From NCBI RefSeq assembly GCF_000009705.1, contig NC_003272.1, positions 2,670,001-2,702,000 of the forward strand: DNA of 32,000 bases, given 5' to 3'. Of this stretch, positions 8,618-16,256 are shown piece by piece. This DNA is from Nostoc sp. PCC 7120 = FACHB-418 (GTDB lineage: Bacteria > Cyanobacteriota > Cyanobacteriia > Cyanobacteriales > Nostocaceae). Below the pieces are notes generated by a model. The model made no database searches. It saw nothing but the letters and a program-made list of their open reading frames with translations, and was not told where the DNA came from. Positions within the stretch are counted from its first letter, which is position 1. The number at the start of each line of letters is the position of its first letter. A program made the translations under genes and the position numbers.

Positions 8618-10210
8618 ATGGTAAATTACCATAATGTTCAGAAGTTCCTGCAAAGTCGTATCAAGCGACGCAACTTAATCATTGGTGCGGGAGCATTTAC
8701 TGGTTTAGCTATTGCCAGCCAATTTTCTCCTCAAAGAGCGATCGCTAAAAGCAGATTTCCCGATTATCCCTTTAAACTGGGTGTGGCATCAGGCGAACCC
8801 TACGACACTAGCGTTGTCATCTGGACTCGTTTAGCTCCCGAACCTTTAAATGGCGGTGGAATGCCACCTGTGAATGTGCCGATTCGCTGGGAAGTAGCCA
8901 CCGACTCTAACATGAAGCGCATTATCTCCAGGGGAACTGTACTTGCAACTCCTGAACTAGCTCACTCTGTACGAGTAGTAGTAGAAGGACTCTCACCTCA
9001 TACTTGGTATTGGTATCGCTTTAACGTTGGTAACGAAGCTAGTCCCATTGGCCGGACTCGCACTGCACCCGCATCCGGTAGTTTCTCCAATCAATTGAAG
9101 TTTGCGTTAGCATCCTGCCAACATTATGAGCAAGGTTATTACACAGCTTATAAGTATATGGCAGAGGATGACCTGGATTTGGTTGTCCATGTTGGTGATT
9201 ACATTTACGAAGGTGGAATCAATCTGACTCGACCAAGACAACACAATAGTTCTGAAATTTTCACCTTAGAAGATTATCGCAATCGTCACGCTCTATATAA
9301 AACTGATGTCAATTTGCAAGCCACCCATGCAGCTTTCCCTTGGATTACAACTTGGGATGACCATGAAGTGGAAAACAACTACGCCAACTTGATCTCAGAA
9401 ATTGATACTGAAGCAGACCAAGATCCAGCGATCTTTGCACAACGACGAGCCGTTGCTTATCAGGCTTATTATGAACATATGCCTCTGCGTCCCTTCTCCC
9501 GACCAGTCGGCTCTGATATGCAGCTTTACCGTCGGTTAAACTTTGGCAACTTAGCCACATTCAATGTTTTAGACACTCGCCAGTATCGCACCGATCAACC
9601 CTGTGGCGATGGTACGAGGACAGGTTGTTTAGACGCGCTTAATACTAATGCCACTATTACGGGTAAAGCTCAAGAAGATTGGCTATTTGACGGACTAGAT
9701 AAATCTACTGCTAGGTGGAATGTGTTAGCACAGCAAGTTCCCATTGCTCAGAGAGACTTTACACCGGGAGAGGGACAATCTTTCAGCATGGATAAATGGG
9801 ATGGATATGTGGCTTCCCGCGATCGCTTGATGACTTTTATTGCACAGCGTCAACCTTCTAACCCTATATCGCTAGCAGGTGATGTGCATTCTCACTGGGC
9901 AATGGATCTCAAAACCGATTTCAATAACCCAGAATCTGACATATGGGGTAGTGAGTTTGTATGTACTTCCATTAGCTCCGGTGGTGATGGTGCCGATATT
10001 ACTCCCACAGTACAAGCATACTTACCGGATAATCCCCACATTAAGTTCTACAACGGGCAACGGGGATATGTGCGTTGTACCGTCACTCCTACTACTTGGC
10101 GATCAGACTATCTGGTAATGTCAAATGTCTTGACTCCATCTGGAACAATTAGCAATCGAGCTTCATTTGTAGTTGACAACGGTATTCCTGGAGTACGACA
10201 AGTAGTTTAG
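8618..10210 (+). CDS. phoD: Tat-exported alkaline phosphatase/phosphodiesterase, PhoD family
   Basis: Twin-arginine signal KRRNLIIGAGAFTGLAIA. PhoD N-domain FKLGVASGEP...VVIWTRL. Metallophosphatase motifs HVGDYIYE, WDDHEVENN and AGDVHSHW. Confidence 0.9.
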   Translation: MVNYHNVQKFLQSRIKRRNLIIGAGAFTGLAIASQFSPQRAIAKSRFPDYPFKLGVASGEPYDTSVVIWTRLAPEPLNGGGMPPVNVPIRWEVATDSNMKRIISRGTVLATPELAHSVRVVVEGLSPHTWYWYRFNVGNEASPIGRTRTAPASGSFSNQLKFALASCQHYEQGYYTAYKYMAEDDLDLVVHVGDYIYEGGINLTRPRQHNSSEIFTLEDYRNRHALYKTDVNLQATHAAFPWITTWDDHEVENNYANLISEIDTEADQDPAIFAQRRAVAYQAYYEHMPLRPFSRPVGSDMQLYRRLNFGNLATFNVLDTRQYRTDQPCGDGTRTGCLDALNTNATITGKAQEDWLFDGLDKSTARWNVLAQQVPIAQRDFTPGEGQSFSMDKWDGYVASRDRLMTFIAQRQPSNPISLAGDVHSHWAMDLKTDFNNPESDIWGSEFVCTSISSGGDGADITPTVQAYLPDNPHIKFYNGQRGYVRCTVTPTTWRSDYLVMSNVLTPSGTISNRASFVVDNGIPGVRQVV

Positions 10211-10361
10211 GTTGACTACTCCCCCAAATTCATTCGGGGAGAGTTTGACCTGTCGATGAACTTGTAGCAATAATAACAGAAGCTGTATGGTTATATACTG
10301 CCTTTCATTCAGATGCCCACGCAGGGTTTTTTGGTAAGATTCAGGAAACATATTTTTCTAG

Positions 10362-10391
10362 GGGAGTCACAACGGTACTCCCTATTTTTTT
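10362..10391 (+). terminator. Rho-independent terminator (GGGAGT/ACTCCC stem, 9-nt loop, T-rich tail tattttttt)
   Basis: Read directly from the sequence. It lies in the convergent gap between phoD and the siderophore-binding protein gene. Confidence 0.55.
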
Positions 10392-10442
10392 GTCTTCACC
10401 ATCCTCTCAAAGTTTTGTCCTGCATCCCTTAGAGTTGCCTTG

Positions 10443-11402
10443 TCACCCTTTAAGATACTTAAATAAATCATCAACTATGGCATTAGCCGATAGAATGCTA
10501 CCAAAAATCCAGTAACTAGAATCCACACTATAAACTCTCTGATTCTGCGCTACATTCAGCGTCTGCCAAAGACGAGTATTTTGATATTTTTGGAATAACT
10601 CTCTAGCACCAGGATCTACTGCTACAAATAAAACATCAGCATCAAGTAAATCTATACGTTCTAGGTTCAACATTATTAAAGTATCATCAGGAGTTTTAAT
10701 TAACTGACGTTGAGCATTTGGCATAGAAATACCGACTTCTTGCAAAATACTGCCAGGAAATGAAAATTGAGAACGAAATTCGGGCAATTGTACCCCACCA
10801 TGAAAACGGCTAACAGATACTTTTAGTTGATTGGTCTGATTATTTAGGACAGTTCGCAATTTTGTTAATCGCTGTTTATACTCAGTCAGTAAATTTTCAG
10901 CTTGTTCAGCCTTGCCTAATACTTCACCAATCTGCCGAAAAGATGTTTGCCATTTAGCATGAACATATTTAAATTGAACTGTAGGAGCTATTTTTGAAAA
11001 TAACTGATAGTTTGCTGAATTAATCCCATACAAGCTAATAATTAAATCTGGATGTAAATTTAATATCTTTTCTAAATTAAATTGATCTTCTTTGCCTATA
11101 TAATTGATACCAGACATTTTGCTCTTGAGAAAACTAGATTTGCTAGCTACATAAGTAGTATCAGGCGCACCCATAGGTTTTAATCCTAATGCTATTACAT
11201 CTTCTAATGCCACCTGATCAGTGACTATAATGCGCTGTGGATTTAGAGGTACACAAGTTTCTCCCAATTCATGATTAATTAATCTACACTCTAAATTTGA
11301 TGATATTTTATCTGGCAAACTACTCTGGCAAGAAATACTAATCAAGCATGAAATAGCTATGACTAAAAATAGTTGAATATGATAATAAAAATGCTTTTTC
11401 AT
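10443..11402 (-). CDS. Iron-siderophore ABC transporter periplasmic substrate-binding lipoprotein (FhuD/FecB-like)
   Basis: Lipoprotein signal ...LISISC. Class III SBP hallmarks include PQRIIVTDQVALEDVIALGLKPMG, LHPDLII and RLWQTLNVAQNQRVYSVD. It sits directly downstream of a TonB-dependent receptor gene. Confidence 0.8.
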   Translation of the reverse strand: MKKHFYYHIQLFLVIAISCLISISCQSSLPDKISSNLECRLINHELGETCVPLNPQRIIVTDQVALEDVIALGLKPMGAPDTTYVASKSSFLKSKMSGINYIGKEDQFNLEKILNLHPDLIISLYGINSANYQLFSKIAPTVQFKYVHAKWQTSFRQIGEVLGKAEQAENLLTEYKQRLTKLRTVLNNQTNQLKVSVSRFHGGVQLPEFRSQFSFPGSILQEVGISMPNAQRQLIKTPDDTLIMLNLERIDLLDADVLFVAVDPGARELFQKYQNTRLWQTLNVAQNQRVYSVDSSYWIFGSILSANAIVDDLFKYLKG

Positions 11403-11540
11403 GTTATATATTCTCCTACCATTGAAGTATGAGTATTGGAGACAAAAAGCGGTGTAGAAGTTCTTTCCGCTTTATTGCCTTTGTGTTACGGATATTTAAC
11501 AATACAAGGGTTTGCGATCAGCTAAATTAGCTGTAACACA

Positions 11541-14117
11541 TCAAAATTCAAAAGACACAGTTCCTAAAACAGTAAAAGGTGCTGCGGGAACAATGAAAAA
11601 GCTTTGAGACTCGTAGTATTTCGTATCGAAAAGATTCTTAAAATTGAGAGCAGCACGCCAATTATCTCGTTTATAGAAAATACTTGCATCGGTTCTCACA
11701 TAAGAAGGAATTTTCAGATTATTGGGTAAACTCGCCTCTCGTTCGCCAACGTAAACAACACCAAGTCCTAATCCTAAACCCTGCAAGTTACCTTGTTGCA
11801 GTTCATAGGTAGTCCATAAACTCGCACTGTTGTAAGGTACACCAACTAACCTATTATTAACTAATGATGAGTTATTATCTTGGCTGATGTTGGCATCTGT
11901 GTAAGTATACGTGCCAATAATTTTCCAGCCAGGGAGAATTTCCCCAACAACATCTAACTCTACACCTCGACTTTTTTGTTCCCCTGTTTGAATGCTAAAG
12001 TTATCATCTTCAGGATCTGTTGTTAAAACATTCTTCTTGGTAATGTCAAAATAAGCTAAAGTTGCTGACAGACGCTTATTCAAAAATTCCTGCTTAATTC
12101 CTACTTCAAATTGCTCTGCCGTTTCCGGTTTAAAAGGCTCATTATTGCGAGTCTTGCCAAATATTTGTGGGTTGAAGGAATTTGTCCAACTAGCATAAAT
12201 TGAGGTGGAATCAGTAGGTTGATAAACTAACCCTAGTCTTGGCGAAAACTTAGAGTCTGAAGTCTCATCATAGACTGTACCTGTTTCTACATCTCGATAA
12301 ACTGAATCAACAGTATCAAAACGACCACCAGCAAGTAATTTTATTTGTGGTGTTAGTTCCACTAAATTCTGGAAATAGACTGCAATAGTATCTCCACCAT
12401 ATTCTTCATTAGACCTGCTAAGATCCGTAGGTGCTGGTGCGCCATACACCGGGTTGAAAATATCTAAATCGCCAATGCTGCCACTCAAAAAGTCGTAGCT
12501 GTATTTGTAATAGGATAACTCCAATCCCACGAGCATATTATGGACAATTGAACCAGTATTAAATTTGCCACTAATTTCATTTTGAAATGACAGATTATTC
12601 TGGGCTTCATCAACATTTCGATATCCCCTCGCTACCGTCTGTCCATCGGCATTGATTTCGTCTGGTTGCGCTCCTTTGGTATTACCACTAACGTTAATGA
12701 CATTAAAGGCTTGGCGAAATTTCCAGTTATTGTTGTAACCAAATTCACTTTCTAAAGTATAGGTGAAATTATTAGATTTGAATTCACCTCGGTTGAGATT
12801 AGGTTCACCTAAAAAGCGGTTGATGGGCAGATCAAAAACTACTTTATTATTGGAAGGAAAACCCCGTTCAAAAGTGTAGTCATACTTTTGGTATTCATAA
12901 CCAAAAGTAAGATTTGTCCTTTCTCCAGCCTTGACGGTAATGATTGGAGCAATAAAAGTGCTTTCATTTTCTACAAAGTCGCGGAAACTCCTCGCATTTT
13001 CGTAAGCTGCATTAATACGGTAGAGTGCCGCGCGATTTTCTAATAGGGGGCCAGAAAAATCAATTGATGAGCGATAAAAGTCGTTATTACCGATGGTACC
13101 GTTAATTTGATAGAAGGGGTCGGCTAGTGGCTTTTTGGTGATTGTGTTAACAACACCACCAGGACTAGTAGCACTTCCATACAAAACTGATGCAGGGCCT
13201 TTGAGAAATTCTACAAGCTCAATATTAGCGACATCACGGGGACTGATAAAACCAAAATCTCTAAAGCCATCACGTAGGGTTTCAAAACCCGTAGAAAAAC
13301 CGCGAATAAAATAACCTTGAGATGCGAGTCCACCATAGGTTTCTTGAGGACGTACACCACTGACATTATCTGCTAGTTCATTAAGTCTGATTACTTGGCG
13401 GTCTTGAATGACTTCTTTGGGTATGACCTGTACCGATGCTGGAACATCCCGCAGAGGTACATCCAATTTTGTGGCTGTTGTTGCTTCCCTGACTCGATAG
13501 GTATCTTGTTCACCTGTAACTACCAGTTCAATAGGTGCATCAGTTTCAGCTGTTGGCTGTGCTGTGGGAGTTTCTGTAGTTGGTTTTTCCTCCGGTGGCT
13601 GTTGTGGTGTTTCTGGTTGAGATGCGGAAGGTAATACAGGTGTCACGCCAAATATTAAACCTGCATCGCTATCAAATAGTTCATAAGTAGGTGTTCCCAC
13701 TTCTCCCGTGACAGTGATTCTGATAGTGTTACTGTCTTGGTTGACAACTGTAACTTCAGTAATACCCGCAAGAGGTCTTTCTTGCCGGAATGTATTTCCT
13801 GATGGCAAATTCAGTTGAGCATTAGTAATATTAACAATTAAGCTATTACCTGAACTGCTATTTGCTACTTGTAATTGTTCGCCTTGCTTAGTCTCTAAAA
13901 TTACTTCGATAACTTTATCTTTAGTATCAATCCGCACTCCATTGACAAGAATTGGAGATTGAGGCGCTGATGCTTGAGATAGTAATCCTTGAGAATTTGT
14001 CGAGGTAAGACCACGTTCAGACAAGAGAGTGGGAATACTCCCCCAAGCCGGTTGTACTGCAATAAATACCCCTGCTAGCCATAAACCCATCAATAATTGC
14101 GGTTGTCTCTTCATCAT
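11541..14117 (-). CDS. TonB-dependent siderophore receptor with N-terminal AMIN-like extension
   Basis: Domain order: signal peptide, AMIN-like beta domain (VNGVRIDTKDKVIEVILET...IRITVTGE), Pro/Thr/Glu-rich linker, TonB-box-like IELVVTG, then the plug (DVPASVQVIPKEVIQDRQ). The 22-strand-type barrel ends TVSFEF. Confidence 0.9.
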   Translation of the reverse strand: MMKRQPQLLMGLWLAGVFIAVQPAWGSIPTLLSERGLTSTNSQGLLSQASAPQSPILVNGVRIDTKDKVIEVILETKQGEQLQVANSSSGNSLIVNITNAQLNLPSGNTFRQERPLAGITEVTVVNQDSNTIRITVTGEVGTPTYELFDSDAGLIFGVTPVLPSASQPETPQQPPEEKPTTETPTAQPTAETDAPIELVVTGEQDTYRVREATTATKLDVPLRDVPASVQVIPKEVIQDRQVIRLNELADNVSGVRPQETYGGLASQGYFIRGFSTGFETLRDGFRDFGFISPRDVANIELVEFLKGPASVLYGSATSPGGVVNTITKKPLADPFYQINGTIGNNDFYRSSIDFSGPLLENRAALYRINAAYENARSFRDFVENESTFIAPIITVKAGERTNLTFGYEYQKYDYTFERGFPSNNKVVFDLPINRFLGEPNLNRGEFKSNNFTYTLESEFGYNNNWKFRQAFNVINVSGNTKGAQPDEINADGQTVARGYRNVDEAQNNLSFQNEISGKFNTGSIVHNMLVGLELSYYKYSYDFLSGSIGDLDIFNPVYGAPAPTDLSRSNEEYGGDTIAVYFQNLVELTPQIKLLAGGRFDTVDSVYRDVETGTVYDETSDSKFSPRLGLVYQPTDSTSIYASWTNSFNPQIFGKTRNNEPFKPETAEQFEVGIKQEFLNKRLSATLAYFDITKKNVLTTDPEDDNFSIQTGEQKSRGVELDVVGEILPGWKIIGTYTYTDANISQDNNSSLVNNRLVGVPYNSASLWTTYELQQGNLQGLGLGLGVVYVGEREASLPNNLKIPSYVRTDASIFYKRDNWRAALNFKNLFDTKYYESQSFFIVPAAPFTVLGTVSFEF

Positions 14118-14226
14118 CTCCTCACCTAGACCAGCCTCTCATACCAGAGGGTGTAATTTTAATAGCTAAGAATCTTTTTCAAGAAGCTTAATCTACAATG
14201 GATGTGATTTTGAAGACCTGATTGAA

Positions 14227-14263
14227 CCTCAAACGGATTTTTTTGCGCCTCAAACGGATTTTT
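14227..14263 (-). promoter_or_regulatory. Perfect 16-bp direct repeat CCTCAAACGGATTTTT x2 at 21-bp period; candidate AraC-family operator upstream of the receptor gene
   Basis: The copies are at 14227-14242 and 14248-14263, read directly. They lie between the AraC-family gene stop (14304) and the receptor start (14117). Two helical turns between direct half-sites is the classic AraC/XylS arrangement. Confidence 0.45.
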
Positions 14264-14303
14264 CCCATCCTCTGATAGCAAATAGCTGTATATTGGCTAA
14301 TCT

Positions 14304-15314
14304 TCAAGCTCTCAGTAACAAATCATAGGTTTTAGGATTTGTGCCGAACTGTTTACGAAAAGCTGTAGCAAAGCGACTTTGATTGGCGTAGCCAACAGCA
14401 CGCGCTACTTCTTTGACATTCATTTGACCTTCTAAAAGTAATAGGCGTGCTTTTTCCATCCGTTGTTGGTATAAGTAGCTAAATGCAGTTGTACCCAAGA
14501 CTTGGCGAAAGCCCAGTTTGAGTTTGTAGTCGTTTAATCCTACTTGTCTAGCTAGTTCTAGTAAAGAAGGGGGATTATCGAGATTTTGAGTTAAGATTTC
14601 TTTGGCATAATGAATTCTATCGATATCATCTTCCTTTAAGGTAGAGGTTGTTTTAGAATTATTTTCCTTGGTGGCTAATTGTTCCAGTTTCAAGGCAATT
14701 AACTCTAAACATTTACTCTCTAAATAAATTTTTTTGGTTAAACCTATAAATGGACAATTGATAATATGTTCCAGAGCAACGCGCATTTCTGGAGTGGTAT
14801 GATCAATTTGAAAATAAGACTCTTGACTGGTTTTGATGAGCTTTTGTAGGATTTGCGGCGAGATAGAATTTAAGCCACCTGTCATAAAACTCTGAATTAA
14901 TTCAGGGGATTCGGGATGTATATCTACTTTTAATAGTCGTTGCGATCGCAAAAATTCTGATTCCTTATTCTGGTGGAAAGCACCACTTTGAAAGAAATTT
15001 TTTCCGGCATTAATATTATTCCAATGCCCTAATAGGTGAAATCCAAATTCCAAACCATCAAGGAAACTATCTGAAACGTTTTTTTCTATAACTAAATCAT
15101 GCTGAAATTCAGTATCTATAATTAGTAAACTAATTTCCCGTAGTTCAATCCAACGTTCGTATCCACTGCCAAATCGTTTAGGGCATATATTAATAATATC
15201 AGATGGGTCTGATGGGTCTGGTTGTCTAGTGTTTTGATTGCGTTCTCTCCACAATTCTTGGTAATCTGCCAGTGAAATAATACTCGCCATGCCCCACCCT
15301 AGAAAACACCTCAT
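14304..15314 (-). CDS. AraC-family transcriptional regulator
   Basis: C-terminal double HTH: LLELARQVGLNDYKLKLGFRQV...MNVKEVARAVGYANQSRFATAFRKQFGTNP. The N-terminal ligand-type domain is of unknown specificity. The alternative start MASIISL at 15290 is plausible. Confidence 0.85.
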   Translation of the reverse strand: MRCFLGWGMASIISLADYQELWRERNQNTRQPDPSDPSDIINICPKRFGSGYERWIELREISLLIIDTEFQHDLVIEKNVSDSFLDGLEFGFHLLGHWNNINAGKNFFQSGAFHQNKESEFLRSQRLLKVDIHPESPELIQSFMTGGLNSISPQILQKLIKTSQESYFQIDHTTPEMRVALEHIINCPFIGLTKKIYLESKCLELIALKLEQLATKENNSKTTSTLKEDDIDRIHYAKEILTQNLDNPPSLLELARQVGLNDYKLKLGFRQVLGTTAFSYLYQQRMEKARLLLLEGQMNVKEVARAVGYANQSRFATAFRKQFGTNPKTYDLLLRA

Positions 15315-15410
15315 CTCAATTACTTGACACTACTTATAGATAAACTTTCTCAAATAGTTTTGAAGTAAGTCTATCAGAGTGTCAGAATCTTGTCTAGAGT
15401 TCGGATAGTT

Positions 15411-15424
15411 GGTGATTAATCACC
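15411..15424. promoter_or_regulatory. Perfect 14-bp palindrome GGTGATTAATCACC
   Basis: Read directly from the sequence. It lies about 100 bp upstream of the AraC-family gene start and 7 bp beyond the kinase-like gene stop. It is a candidate site for a dimeric regulator. Confidence 0.3.
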
Positions 15425-15431
15425 TAAGAAG

Positions 15432-16136
15432 TCAATAACGTCTTAAATACTTGAAACAGTTTAATTTTGGGGCTAGTTGACTACATAACTGTTTGCATGA
15501 AGTTCCTAAACGGTAAAATTTGCGAATCCAATCTAAAGCAGAGTATGGCACGCGCAGTCGAAGTGGGCGTAATATGGGCAGATATAACCAGTAATACGCC
15601 TTTTTGAGATTATTCCATTTTGAGCAAGGTTCTTGATGCAGGAAATCGGAAATGTCTACGACTAATCCTCTACCTTCGTGCATGATGACATTACGACCGT
15701 GGACATCATGAGGGTAAAGTCCACGACTTTGAGCATATTCAAGAGCGTCATCAATATCCCTGATGACCTGTTTGGGAATCGGTAAACCCAAGTGCATACA
15801 ATCGTAGAGTGTTGTGCCGTAAAGACGTTTCAAGACTAAAAAGGCATCTTGGGCATACAAGCACTCAGAAAATGCCGGGTGAGAACCTAAACGATGATAA
15901 ACTTCTACTTCTTCTTCATAGCCTGGCCGTTTTGGAGCATAAATTTTGACTACAAAGTCAGGGTAATCAGGGTGATAGACTACTGCTGCGTAATTTCCTT
16001 TGCCTAGCAGCAGCCAAGGTTGGGGAACATAAGTGACCTGAATTAGGTTACGCGGATTGACGCTTTCAATTTGTAAACTAGGTAGTAGTTCTTGATAAAT
16101 GCTTTCTTGAAAATGGGTTGGTAGTGATTTGTTCAT
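15432..16136 (-). CDS. Small stand-alone protein-kinase-fold protein (RIO/Kdo-kinase-like)
   Basis: Gly-loop LGKGNYAAV, Lys in VVKIY, catalytic loop HDVHGRNV and metal-binding VDISDF. There are no extra domains. The ORF is open to a TTG at 16157; ATG at 16136 (MNKSLP) is more likely. Confidence 0.65.
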   Translation of the reverse strand: MNKSLPTHFQESIYQELLPSLQIESVNPRNLIQVTYVPQPWLLLGKGNYAAVVYHPDYPDFVVKIYAPKRPGYEEEVEVYHRLGSHPAFSECLYAQDAFLVLKRLYGTTLYDCMHLGLPIPKQVIRDIDDALEYAQSRGLYPHDVHGRNVIMHEGRGLVVDISDFLHQEPCSKWNNLKKAYYWLYLPILRPLRLRVPYSALDWIRKFYRLGTSCKQLCSQLAPKLNCFKYLRRY

Positions 16137-16256
16137 GTCGGCAGTATATAGCACCAAACAATAAGATACACTACCTGATTAACATGGACTATTACGGCAA
16201 CAGTACAGGCTTATTTTGACCATTCTGGCTTGCGCCAGTCTTTGGTGCTGTGGTAA

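Noticed and set aside
10163-10351. A 62-aa minus-strand ORF overlapping the phoD 3' end.
   Set aside because: It overlaps phoD coding sequence and the terminator region. It is Leu-rich low complexity with no support.
15411-15424. Reading the palindrome GGTGATTAATCACC as a CRP/NtcA-family site.
   Set aside because: CRP-type sites are TGTGA-N6-TCACA and NtcA sites are GTA-N8-TAC. Here the GTGA/TCAC arms are separated by only 4 bp, so the spacing does not fit either.
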